The position numbers were made by a program, and so were the translations under genes. A stretch of DNA of 64,000 nt from the human T2T-CHM13v2.0 reference genome, Homo sapiens: assembly GCF_009914755.1 (NCBI RefSeq), contig NC_060940.1. One strand, given 5' to 3'. The notes under the pieces were generated by a model. That model had not been told where the DNA came from. It saw only the letters and a list, made by a program, of their open reading frames with translations, and did no database searches. How positions within the stretch are numbered: position 1 is the stretch's first letter; every line of letters begins with the position of its first letter. Below are positions 45,119 to 59,600 of the stretch, piece by piece.

Positions 45119-48100
45119 TCATTTGATGATGACTCCATTCGAGTTCATTCGATGATTCCACTCGATTCCATTTGATGATTCCATTGGAGTCCATTTCATT
45201 GTTCCATTCGATTCCATTCGATTCCTTTCGAAGATTATTCCATTTGAGTCCATTCGATGATGATTCCATTCCATTCCATTCGATGATTCCGTTTGATTCC
45301 ATTCGATGATTCCCTTCGATTCCTTTCTTTGATGATTCCATTCCATTCCATTCAATGATTCCATTCGAATCTATTCCATGATGATTCCTTGCGATTCCAT
45401 TCGCTGATGTTTCCATTCAATTCCATTCGATGATGATTCCATTCGATTCCATTCATTGAGGATTCCATTTGATTCCATTCAATGATGATTCCGTTCTATT
45501 CCATTCAATGATTGCATTCAATTCCATTCAATGATTATCCCATTAGAGTAAACTCAACGATTCCATTCAATACCATTCGATGATGATTCCTTTTGAGTCC
45601 ATTCAATGATTTCATTCAAGTCCATTTGATGATTCCTTTCAATTCCATTCTATGATGATTCCATTCGAGTCCATTCGATGATTCCATTCAATTGCATTCG
45701 ATGATTCCATTATATTCCAGTCAACGATGATTCCATTCGAATCCATTCGATGATTCCATTAGAGTACATTTAATGATTGCTTTGTTTTCAATTCGAAGAT
45801 GATTACATTGGATTCCATTCTATGATACCATTCGATTCCATTCAATGATGATTCCACTCAAATCCATTGGATGATTCCATTCGTGTCCGTTCGGTGATTT
45901 CATTAGATTCCATTCGAGGATGATTCCATTCGATTCCATTCGATGACTCCATTCAATTCCATTCGATGATGATTCCATTCCAGTCCATATGATCATTCCA
46001 TTTGATTTCATTCGATGATGATTCCATTCGATTCCATTCGATGATTCCATTCTATTCCATTCGATGATGATTCCATTCGAGTCCATTCGATGATTCCATT
46101 CGAGTCCATTTAATGATTCCATTGGGTTCAATTCAATGATGATTACATTGGATTCCGTTCTATGATTCCATTCAATTCCGTTCATTGACAATTTGATTCC
46201 ATTCGATGATGATTCCATTTGAGTTCATTCGATGATTCTATTCGATTCTCTTCGATGGTGATTCAATTCTATTATATTGGATGATTCCATTCGATTCCAT
46301 TTGATGTTGATTCAATTCGATTCTATTCGATGATGATTCCATTGGATTTCACTTGATGATTCTATTCGATTCCATTCAATGATGATTCACTTCTCGTCCA
46401 TTGGATGATTCCATTTCATTCCATTCGATGATGATTCCATTCGATTCCATTCGATGATTCCATTTGATTCCATGCGACGGTGAGCAATTCGATTCAATTC
46501 CATGATGATTTTATTTGATTCAATTAGATGATGTTTCCATTCGAATCCATTCCATGATTATTCCATTGGAATCCATTTGGCGATGATTCCATATGAGTCA
46601 ATTCAATGATGATTCCATATGGGTCCGTTCGATGATAATTCCATTTGATTTCATTCGATGCCTCTATTTAATTCCAGTCGATGATGATTCCGTTGGAGTC
46701 CATACGATGATTCCATTTGATTTCATTTGATGATGATTCCATTCGATGATGATTACATTGGATTCCATTCTATGATTCCATTCAATTCCATTCGTTGATG
46801 ATTCGATTCCATTCAATGATGATTCCATTTGAGTTCATTCGATGATTCTATTCGATTCCATTTGATGGTGATTCAATTCTATTATATTGGATGATTCCAC
46901 TCGATTCCATTTGATGATTATTCCATTGGAGTCCACTTAGTGAATCCTTTAGATTCTACTCGAAGATGATTCCATTCGAGTCCATTCGATGATACCATTC
47001 AATTCCATTCGTTGATGCTTCCATTCAAGTGCATTCGATGATATCATTCGATTCCATTTGATGATAATTCCATTTGATTCCATGCGATGATTCTATTCGA
47101 TTCCATTCAATGATAATTCCATTCAATTCAGTGATTCCTCTGGACTCCATTTGATGATGATTCCATTCAATGATTCCATTCGATTCTATTCGAAAATGAT
47201 ACCATTTGAATCCATTTGATGATGATTCCATTAGATTCCATTTGATGATTCCATTCGATTCCATTTGACGATGATTCCATTCGATTCCATTTGATGATTC
47301 CATTCTATTCTATTTGATGATGATTCCATTCGATTCCATTTGATGATGATTGGATTCGATTCCATTTGATGATTTCATTTGATTCCATTCGTTAATGATT
47401 TCGATCAATTCCATTCGATGATTCCATTCGATTTCATTCGATAATGATTACATCCGAGTCCATTCGATGATTCCATTTGAGCCTGTTCGATAATTCCATT
47501 TGAGTCCAACCAATGATTCCATTCATTTCCATTCAATGATTCCATTCGAGTCCATTTGATCATTCCGGTAGGGTCCATTCGATGTTGATTCCATTGGAGT
47601 GCATTCGATGATTCCATTCGAGTCCATTTTATGATTTGATTCGAGTCCTTTCGATGATTCCATTCGATTCCACTCGATGATGATTTCATTCTAGTCCATT
47701 CGACACTTCCAATCGATTCCATTTGATGTTTCCATTCGAGTCCAATTGATGATTCCATTCAATTCCATTCGATGATGATTCCGTACGATTCCATTCTGTG
47801 ATGATTCCATGTGATTGCATTCAATGATGATTCCTTTCGATTGCATTCGATTATGATTCATTTCGTGTTCTTTCTACGGTTCCACAGGTTTCACATCGTG
47901 TCCATTCCATTATTCCATTCTATTCCATTGGATGATGATTTCATTCGATTCCATTCATTGGTGATTCCACTCAATTCCATTCAATGATTCCATTCCATTT
48001 CTTTCAACAATGATTCCATTACTTTCTAATCGATGATCCACTTGATTCCATTTGACGACGATTCCATTCTTGTCCATTCGATGATTCCATTTGATTCCAT

Positions 48101-50570
48101 ATGATGATGATTCCATTCGATTCCATACCATGATGATTCCATTCGAGTCCATTCAATGGTGATTCCATTCAATTCCATTCGATGATTCCTTTCGATTCCA
48201 TTCGATGATGATGGCATTTGGTTCCTTTCGATCATTCCCTTTGATTCCATTCAAATGTGATTTCATTCAAGTCCATTCGATAATTGCATTCGATTCCATT
48301 CTATGATGATTCCATTCGAGTTCATTTGATGATTCCATTCAATTCAAGTCAATGATGATTCCATTCGATTCCATTCGATGATTCCATTGGATTCCATTCG
48401 ATGATGATTCCATTCAAATCCATTCGATAATTCAATTCACGTCCATTCGATGATGATTCCAATCGAATCCATTCAAAGATTCCATTCAATTCCATTCGAT
48501 GATGATTCCCTTAGATTCCATTCGATGATTCCACTTGATTCCATTTACGATGATTCCATTCGATTCCATGTGATGAATCCATTCAATTCTATTCAATGAT
48601 GTTTCCATTTGATTCCATTGGACCATGATTGCCTTTGATTCCATTCAATGATTCCATTCGGTTCCATTTGATGATGATTCCGTTCGATTCCATTTCATTA
48701 TTCCATTTGATTCCATTGGATGAGTCCATTCGATTACATTCGATGATTATTCCATTCGAGTGCATTAGATGACTGCATTCGAGTCCATTCGATGATTCCA
48801 TTCGATTCCATTCGATGTTGATTCTGTTCAAATCCATTCGATGATTCCACTCGATTCCATTCGATGACTCCATTTGATCCCATTCGATGATTTCCTGTGA
48901 TTCCCTTTGATGATCATTCTTTTTGATTGAATTCGGTGATTTCATATCATTCCATTCAGTGGTGTTTCCATTCGACTGTATTCGATGATGATTCCATTCG
49001 ACTCCATTCGATTATGATTTCATTCACTTCCATTCAATGATGATTCCATTCAATTCCTTTCAATGTTTCCATTCAATTCCATACGATGATGATTCCATTT
49101 GATTTGATTCGACAGTGAGCCATTCGATTCAATTCCATGATGATTCTATTTGATTCAATTGGTTGACATTTCCATTCGATTCCATTCGATGATGATTCCC
49201 TTTGATTCAATTCAAAGATGATTCCATTCTAGCCCATTCAATCATTCCATTCGATTCTATTCAATGATGATTCCATTCATGTCGATTTGGTGATTCCATT
49301 TGACTTCATTTGATGATGATTCCTTTCAAGTTCATTAGATGATTCCATTCGATTCCATTTGATGATGATCCCATTCGAGTCCATTTGATGATTCCATTCG
49401 TTTCCATTCCATGATGATTCCATTCCATTCCATTCAGTGATTCCATTCGATTCCGTTTGGTGATGATTTCATTCGAGTCCATTTGATGATTCCATTTGAT
49501 TCCATTCGATGATGATTCCATTCGAGTCCATTCGATGATTCTATTCGAATCCACTTGATGATTTCTTTTGATTATAGTTGGTGATGATTCCATTGGAGTC
49601 CATTCAATGATTCCATTCGATTCCAATCGATGGTGATTCCATTAGAGTCCATTTAATGATTCCATTTGATTCCAGTCTCTGATGATTACATTCGAGTCCA
49701 TACGATGATTCCACTCAATTCCATATGATGATGATTCCATTCGATTCCATTCGATGATTCCATTCTATTCTATTCAATGGTGATTCCATTCGAGTACATT
49801 AGATGATTCCATTCGATTCCATTCAATGATGATTCTATTTGTGTCCCTTAGATGATTCCACATGATTCCATTAGATGATGATACTATTTGAGCCCATCCA
49901 ATGATTCCCTTCGATTCCATTCGATGAGGATTCCATTCGATTCAATTCATTGGTGATTCTATTCAATTCAATTCTTTGATTCCATTGCATTCCATTCGAC
50001 AATGATTCCATTCGATTTCTTTCGATGATTCCACTCGATTCCACTTGACATTGATTCCCTTCTATTCCATTCAATGATTCCATTTGATTCCAGTGGATGA
50101 TGATTGCCATCGATTCCATTCGATCACTCCATTCTATTCCATTTGATGATGATTACATTCGATTCCATTTGATGATTCCATCTGATTCTATTCGAGGATT
50201 CCATTTGATTCCATTCGATGATGATTCCATTCGAGTCCATTCGATGATTTCATTCGAGTACATCCAATGATTCCATTCGAGTCCATTAGATGATTCCATT
50301 TGATTCCATTTGATAATGATTCTACTAGAGTCCATTCAATGACTCCATTGGAGTCCATTCAACAATTCCATTCGACTCCATTCGATGATTCCATTCGAGT
50401 CCATTTAATCATTACAGTCGAGTCCATTTGGTGATTCCACCAGATTTCTTCTGATAATGATATCAATCAATTACATTTGATGATGATCCCATTCAATTTC
50501 ATTTGATGATGACTCCATTAGAGTCCATTCGATGATTTCATTCGAGTCCCTTCATTGATTCCATCCGATT
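45119..50570 (+). repeat. Higher-order unit 8 (5452 bp) with a 640-bp deletion near 49025
   Basis: The GAGCCCACTC, GCTTGCTTTC and GTCCGTTAGAAG landmarks are absent. The junction is at ~49014-49038. Confidence 0.9.
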
Positions 50571-53500
50571 TCATTGGATGATGACTCCATTCGAGTCCAT
50601 TCGATGATTCCACTCGATTCCATTAGATGATTCCATTGGAGTCCATTTGATTGTTCCATTCGATTCCATTCGATTCCTTTCGAAGATTATTCCATTTGAG
50701 TCCATTCGATGATGATTCCATTCCATTCCATTCGATGATTCCGTTTGATTCCATTCGATGATTCCCTTCGATTCCTTTCTTTGATGATTCCATTCCATTC
50801 CATTCAATGATTCCATTCGAATCTATTCCATGATGATTCCTTTCGATTCCATTCGCTGATGTTTCCGTTCAATTCCATTCGGTGATGATTCCATTCGATT
50901 CCATTCATTGAGGATTCCATTTGATTCCATTCAATGATGATTCCGTTCTATTCCATTCAATGATTGCATTCAATTCTATTCAATGATTATCCCCTTAGAG
51001 TAAACTCAACGATTCCATTCAATACCATTCGATGATGATTCCTTTTGAGTCCATTCAATGATTTCATTCAAGTCCATTTGATGATTCCTTTCAATTCCAT
51101 TCTATGATGATTCCATTCGAGTCCATTCGATGATTCCATTCGATTGCATTCGATGATTCCATTATATTCCAGTCAACGATGATTCCATTCGAGTCCATTC
51201 GATGATTCCATTAGAGTACATTTAATGATTGCTTTGTTTTCAATTCGAAGATGATTACATTGGATTCCATTCTTTGATACCATTCGATTCCATTCAATGA
51301 TGATTCCACTCAAATCCATTGGATGATTCCATTCGTGTCCGTTCGGTGATTTCATTAGATTCCATTCGAGGATGATTCCATTCGATTCCATTCGATGATT
51401 CCATTCAATTCCATTCGATGATGATTCCATTCCAGTCCATATGATCATTCCATTTGATTTCATTCGATGATGATTCCATTCGATTCCATTCGACGATTCC
51501 ATTCTATTCCATTCGATGATGATTCCATTCGAGTCCATTCGATGATTCCATTCGAGTCCATTTAATGATTCCATTGGGTTCAATTCAATGATGATTACAT
51601 TGGATTCCGTTCTATGATTCCATTCAATTCCGTTCATTGACAATTTGATTCCATTCGATGATGATTCCATTTGAGTTCATTCGATGATTCTATTCGATTC
51701 TCTTCGATGGTGATTCAATTCTATTATATTGGATGATTCCATTCGATTCCATTTGATGTTGATTCAATTCGATTCTATTCGATGATGATTCCATTGGATT
51801 TCACTTGATGATTCTATTCGATTCCATTCAATGATGATTCACTTCTCGTCCATTGGATGATTCCATTTCATTCCATTCGATGATGATTACATTCGATTCC
51901 ATTCGATGATTCCATTTGATTCCATGCGACGGTGAGCAATTCGATTCAATTCCATGATGATTCTATCTGATTCAATTAGATGATGTTTCCATTCGAATCC
52001 ATTCCATGATTATTCCATTGGAATCCATTCGGCGATGATTCCATATGAGTCAATTCAATGATGATTCCATATGGGTCCGTTCGATGATAATTCCATTTGA
52101 TTGCATTCGATGCTTCTATTCAATTCCAGTCGATGATGATTCCGTTGGAGTCCATACGATGATTCCATTTGATTTCATTTGATGATGATTCCATTCGATG
52201 ATGATTACATTGGATTCCATTCTATGATTCCATTCAATTCCATTCGTTGATGATTCGATTCCATTCAATGATGATTCCATTTGAGTTCATTCGATGATTC
52301 TATTCGATTCCGTTCGATGGTGATTCAATTCTCTTATATTGGATGAATCCACTCGATTCCATTTGATGATTATTCCATTGGAGTCCACTTAGTGAATCCT
52401 TCAGATTCTACTCGAAGATGATTCCATTCAAGTACATTCGATGATACCATTCAATTCCATTCGTTGATGCTTCCATTCAAGTGCATTCGATGATATCATT
52501 CGATTCCATTTGATGATAATTCCATTTGATTCCATGCGATGATTCTATTCGATTCCATTCAATGATAATTCCATTCAGTTCAGTGATTCCTCTGGACTCC
52601 ATTTGATGATGATTCCATTCAATGATTCCATTCGATTCTATTCGAAAATGATTCCATTTGAATCCATTTGATGATGATTCCATTAGATTCCATTTGATGA
52701 TTCCATTTGATTCCATTCGACGATGATTCCATTCGATTCCGTTTGATGATTCCATTCTATTCTATTCGATGATGATTCCATTCGATTCCATTCGATGATG
52801 ATTGGATTCGATTCCATTTGATGATTTCATTTGATTCCATTCGTTAATGATTTCGATCAATTCCATTCGATGATTCCATTCGATTCCATTCGATAATGAT
52901 TACATCCGAGTCCATTCGATGATTCCATTGGAGCCTGTTCGATAATTCCATTTGAGTCCAACCAATGATTCCATTCATTTCCATTCAATGATTCCATTCG
53001 AGTCCATTTGATAATTCCGGTAGGGTCCATTCGATGTTGATTCCATTGGAGTGCATTCGATGATTCCATTCGAGTCCATTTTAGGATTTGATTCGAGTCC
53101 TTTCGATGATTACATTCGATTCCACTCGATGATGATTTCATTCGACTCCATTCGACATTCCAATCAATTCCATTTGATGATTCCATTCGAGTCCAATTGA
53201 TGATTCCATTCAATTCCATTCGATGATGATTCCGTACGATTCCATTCTGTGATGATTCCATGTGATTGCATTCAATGATGATTCCTTTCGATTGCATTCG
53301 ATTATGATTCATTTCGTGTTCATTCTATGGTTCCACAGGTTTCCATTCGTGTCCATTCCATTATTCCATTCTATTCCATTTGATGATTATTCCATTCGAT
53401 TCCATTCATTGGTGATTCCACTCAATTCCATTCAATGATTCCATTCCATTTCTTTCAACAATGATTCCATTAGTTTCTAATCGATGATCCACTTGATTCC

Positions 53501-56500
53501 ATTTGACGACGATTCCATTCTTGTCCATTCGATGATTCCATTTGATTCCATATGATGATGATTCCATTCGATTCCATACCATGATGATTCCATTCGAGTC
53601 CATTCAATGGTGATTCCATTCAATTCCATTCGATGATTCCTTTCGATTCCATTCGATGATGATGGCATTCGATTCCTTTCAATCATTCCCTTTGATTCCA
53701 TTCAAAGGTGATTTCATTCAAGTCCATTCGATAATTGCATTCGATTCCATTCTATGATGATTCCATTCGAGTCCATTTGATGATTCCATTCAATTCAAGT
53801 CAATGATGATTCCATTCGATTCCATTCGATGATTCCATTGGATTCCATTCGATGATGATTCCATTCAAATCCATTCGATAATTCAATTCAAGTCCATTCG
53901 ATGATGATTCCAATCGAATCCATTCAAAGATTCCATTCAGTTCCATTCGATGATTCCCTTAGATTCCATTCGATGATTCCACTTGATTCCATTTACGATG
54001 ATTCCATTCGATTCCATGTGATGATTCCATTCAATTCTATTCAATGATGTCTCCATTTGATTCCATTCGACCATGATTGCCTTTGATTCCATTCAATGAT
54101 TCCATTCGGTTCCGTTTGATGATGATTCCGTTCGATTCCATTTGATGATTCCATTTGATTCCATTGGATGAGTCCATTCGATTACATTCGATGATTATTC
54201 CATTCGAGTGCATTAGATGATTCCATTCGAGTCCATTCGATGATTCCATTCGATTCCATTCGATGTTGATTCTGTTCAAATCCATTCGATGATTCCACTC
54301 GATTCCATTCGATGACTCCATTTGATCCCATTCGATGATTTCCTTTGATTCCCTTTGATGATCATTCCATTTGATTCAATTCGGTGATTTCATTTGATTC
54401 CATTCAGTGATGTTTCCATTCGACTCCATTCGATGATGATTCCATTCGACTCCATTCGATTATGATTTCATTCAATTCCATTCGATAATGATTCCCTTCG
54501 AGTCCATTCGATGATTCCATTCGATTCCATTCAACGATGATTTGATTCGTGTCCATTCGATGATTCCATTTGATTCCACTTGATGATGATTCCATTCGAG
54601 TCCATTTGATGATTCCATTCAATTCCATACTCCGATGAATTCTTTTGAGCCCACTCAATGCTTCCACTCGATTCCATATGATGATGACTCCATTCGATGA
54701 AATTCGATGATGATTCCATTCGCTTGCTTTCGATGATGATTCCACTTGAGTCCGTTAGAAGATTCTATTCAATTACATTCCAGGACGATTCCGTTCGAGT
54801 CCATTTGATGATTCCATTAGACTCCATTCGACGATGATTCCATTCGATGTTATTCGATGATTCCATTCGATCTCATTCGATGATGATTCCATTCAACTCC
54901 ATTCGATGTTTCCATTCGAGTTCATTCTATTATTCCATTAGATTCCATTCGATGATGATTCCATTCGATTCCATTTGATGATTGCATTCTATTTCATTTG
55001 ATGATGATTCCATTCGAGTCCACTCGATGATTCCATTCGAGTCCATTTAATGAATCCATTGGTTTCAATTCTATGATGATTACATTGGATTCCATTCGTT
55101 GATGATTTCATTCGGTTCCATTCAATGATGATTCCATTCAATTCCTTTCAATGTTTCCATTCAATTCCATACGATGATGATTCCATTTGATTTGATTCGA
55201 CAGTGAGCCATTCGATTCAATTCCATGATGATTCTATTTGATTCAATTGGTTGACATTTCCATTCGATTCCATTCGATGATGATTCCCTTTGATTCCATT
55301 CAAAGATGATTCCATTCTAGCCCATTCAATCATTCCATTCGATTCTACTCAATGATGATTCCATTCATGTCGATTTGGTGATTCCACTTGACTTCATTTG
55401 ATGATGATTCCTTTCAAGTTCATTAGATGATTCCATTCGATTCCATTTGATGATGATCCCATTCGAGTCCATTCAGTGATTCCATTCGTTTCCATTCCAT
55501 GATGATTCCATTCCATTCCATTCAATGATTCCATTCGATTCCGTTTGATGATGATTTCATTCGAGTCCATTTGATGATTCCATTTGATTCCATTCGATGA
55601 TGATTCCATTCGAGTCCATTCGATGATTCTATTCGAATCCATTTGATGATTTCTTTTGATTATAGTTGGTGATGATTCCATTGGAGTCCATTCAATGATT
55701 CCATTCGATTCCAATCGATGATGATTCCATTAGAGTCCATTTAATGTTTCCATTTGATTCCAGTCTCTGATGATTACATTCGAGTCCATACGATGATTCC
55801 ACTCAATTCCATATGATGATGATTCCATTTGATTCCATTCGGTGATTCCATTCTATTCTATTCAATGGTGATTCCATTCGAGTACATTAGATGATTCCAT
55901 TCGATTCCATTCAATGATGATTCTATTTGTGTCCCTTAGATGATTCCACATGATTCCATTAGATGATGATACTATTTGAGCCCATCCAATGATTCCCTTC
56001 GATTCCATTCGATGAGGATTCCATTCGATTCAATTCATTGGTGATTCTATTCAATTCAATTCTTTGATTCCATTCCATTCCATTCGACAATGATTCCATT
56101 CGATTTCTTTCGATGATTCCCCTCGATTCCACTTGACATTGATTCCATTCGATTCCATTCAATGATTCCATTTGATTCCAGTGGATGATGATTGCCATCG
56201 ATTCCATTCGATCACTCCATTCTATTCCATTTGATGATGATTACATTCGATTCCATTTGATGATTCCATCTGATTCTATTCGAGGATTCCATTTGATTCC
56301 ATTCGATGATGATTCCATTCGAGTCCATTCGATGATTTCATTCGAGTACATCCAATGATTCCATTCGAGTCCATTAGATGATTCCATTTGATTCCATTTG
56401 ATAATGATTCTACTAGAGTCCATTCAATGACTCCATTGGAGTCCATTCAACAATTCCATTCGACTCCATTCGATGATTCCATTCGAGTCCATTTAATCAT

Positions 56501-56658
56501 TACAGTCGAGTCCATTTGGTGATTCCACCGGATTTCTTCTGATAATGATATCATTCAATTACATTTGATGATGATCCCATTCAATTTCATTTGATGATGA
56601 CTCCATTAGAGTCCATTCGATGATTTCATTCGAGTCCCTTCATTGATTCCATCCGATT
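50571..56658 (+). repeat. Higher-order unit 9 (6088 bp), canonical
   Basis: Anchors at 50571 and 56659. There is a 1-bp deletion at ~53157 (CGACATTCC versus CGACACTTCC). Confidence 0.92.
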
Positions 56659-59600
56659 TCATTGGATGATGACTCCATTCGAGTCCATTCGATGATTCCA
56701 CTCGATTCCATTAGATGATTCCATTGGAGTCCATTTGATTGTTCCATTCGATTCCATTCGATTCCTTTCGAAGATTATTCCATTTGAGTCCATTCGATGA
56801 TGATTCCATTCCATTCCATTCGATGATTCCGTTTGATTCCATTCGATGATTCCCTTCGATTCCTTTCTTTGATGATTCCATTCCATTCCATTCAATGATT
56901 CCATTCGAATCTATTCCATGATGATTCCTTTCGATTCCATTCGCTGATGTTTCCGTTCAATTCCATTCGGTGATGATTCCATTCGATTCCATTCATTGAG
57001 GATTCCATTTGATTCCATTCAATGATGATTCCGTTCTATTCCATTCAATGATTGCATTCAATTCTATTCAATGATTATCCCCTTAGAGTAAACTCAACGA
57101 TTCCATTCAATACCATTCGATGATGATTCCTTTTGAGTCCATTCAATGATTTCATTCAAGTCCATTTGATGATTCCTTTCAATTCCATTCTATGATGATT
57201 CCATTCGAGTCCATTCGATGATTCCATTCGATTGCATTCGATGATTCCATTATATTCCAGTCAACGATGATTCCATTCGAGTCCATTCGATGATTCCATT
57301 AGAGTTCATTTAATGATTGCTTTGTTTTCAATTCGAAGATGATTACATTGGATTCCATTCTTTGATACCATTCGATTCCATTCAATGATGATTCCACTCA
57401 AATCCATTGGATGATTCCATTCGTGTCCGTTCGGTGATTTCATTAGATTCCATTCGAGGATGATTCCATTCGATTCCATTCGATGATTCCATTCAATTCC
57501 ATTCGATGATGATTCCATTCCAGTCCATATGATCATTCCATTTGATTTCATTCGATGATGATTCCATTCGATTCCATTCGACGATTCCATTCTATTCCAT
57601 TCGATGATGATTCCATTCGAGTCCATTCGATCATTCCATTCGAGTCCATTTAATGATTCCATTGGGTTCAATTCAATGATGATTATATTGGATTCCGTTC
57701 TATGATTCCATTCAATTCCGTTCATTGACAATTTGATTCCATTCGATGATGATTCCATTTGAGTTCATTCGATGATTCTATTCGATTCTCTTCGATGGTG
57801 ATTCAATTCTATTATATTGGATGATTCCATTCGATTCCATTTGATGTTGATTCAATTCGATTCTATTCGATGATGATTCCATTGGATTTCACTTGATGAT
57901 TCTATTCGATTCCATTCAATGATGATTCACTTCTCGTCCATTGGATGATTCCATTTCATTCCATTCGATGATGATTCCATTCGATTCCATTCGATGATTC
58001 CATTTGATTCCATGCGTCGGTGAGCAATTCGATTCAATTCCATGATGATTCTATCTGATTCAATTAGATGATGTTTCCATTCGAATCCATTCCATGATTA
58101 TTCCATTGGAATCCATTCGGCGATGATTCCATATGAGTCAATTCAATGATGATTCCATATGGGTCCGTTCGATGATAATTCCATTTGATTTCATTCGGTG
58201 CTTCTATTCAATTCCAGTCGATGATGATTCCGTTGGAGTCCATACGATGATTCCATTTGATTTCATTTGATGATGATTCCATTCGATGATGATTACATTG
58301 GATTCCATTCTATGATTCCATTCAATTCCATTCGTTGATGATTCGATTCCATTCAATGATGATTCCATTTGAGTTCATTCGATGATTCTATTCGATTCCG
58401 TTCGATGGTGATTCAATTCTATTATATTGGATGATTCCACTCGATTCCATTTGATGATTATTCCATTGGAGTCCACTTAGTGAATCCTTTAGATTCTACT
58501 CGACGATGATTCCATTCGAGTCCATTCGATGATACCATTCAATTCCATTCGTTGATGCTTCCATTGAAGTGCATTCGATGATATCATTCAATTCCATTTG
58601 AGGATAATTCCATTTGATTCCATGCGATGATTCTATTCGATTCCATTCAATGATAATTCCATTCAATTCAGTGATTCCTCTGGACTCCATTTGATGATGA
58701 TTCCATTCAATGATTCCATTCGATTCTATTCGAAAATGATTCCATTTGAATCCATTTGATGATGATTCCATTAGATTCCATTTGATGATTCCATTTGATT
58801 CCATTCGACGATGATTCCATTCGATTCCGTTTGATGATTCCATTCTATTCTATTCGATGATGATTCCATTCGATTCCATTCGATGATGATTGGATTCGAT
58901 TCCATTTGATGATTTCATTTGATTCCATTCGTTAATGATTTCGATCAATTCCATTCGATGATTCCATTCGATTCCATTCGATAATGATTACATCCGAGTC
59001 CATTCGATGATTCCATTGGAGCCTGTTCGATAATTCCATTTGAGTCCAACCAATGATTCCATTCATTTCCATTCAATGATTCCATTCGAGTCCATTTCAT
59101 CATTCCGGTAGGGTCCATTCGATGTTGATTCCATTGGAGTGCATTCGATGATTCCATTCGAGTCCATTTTAGGATTTGATTCGAGTCCTTTCGATGATTC
59201 CATTCGATTCCACTCGATGATGATTTCATTCGAGTCCATTCGACACTTCCAATCGATTCCATTTGATGATTCCATTCGAGTCCAATTGATGATTCCATTC
59301 AATTCCATTCGATGATGATTCCGTACGATTCCATTCTGTGATGATTCCATGTGATTGCATTCAATGATGATTCCTTTCGATTGCATTCGATTATGATTCA
59401 TTTCGTGTTCATTCTATGGTTCCACAGGTTTCCATTCGTGTCCATTCCATTATTCCATTCTATTCCATTTGATGATGATTCCATTCGATTCCATTCATTG
59501 GTGATTCCACTCAATTCCATTCAATGATTCCATTCCATTTCTTTCAACAATGATTCCATTAGTTTCTAATCGATGATCCACTTGATTCCATTTGACGACG

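Noticed and set aside
52857-53312. Longer fused 151-aa ORF in unit 9
   Set aside because: It is produced by a 1-bp deletion at ~53157 that joins two artefactual frames.
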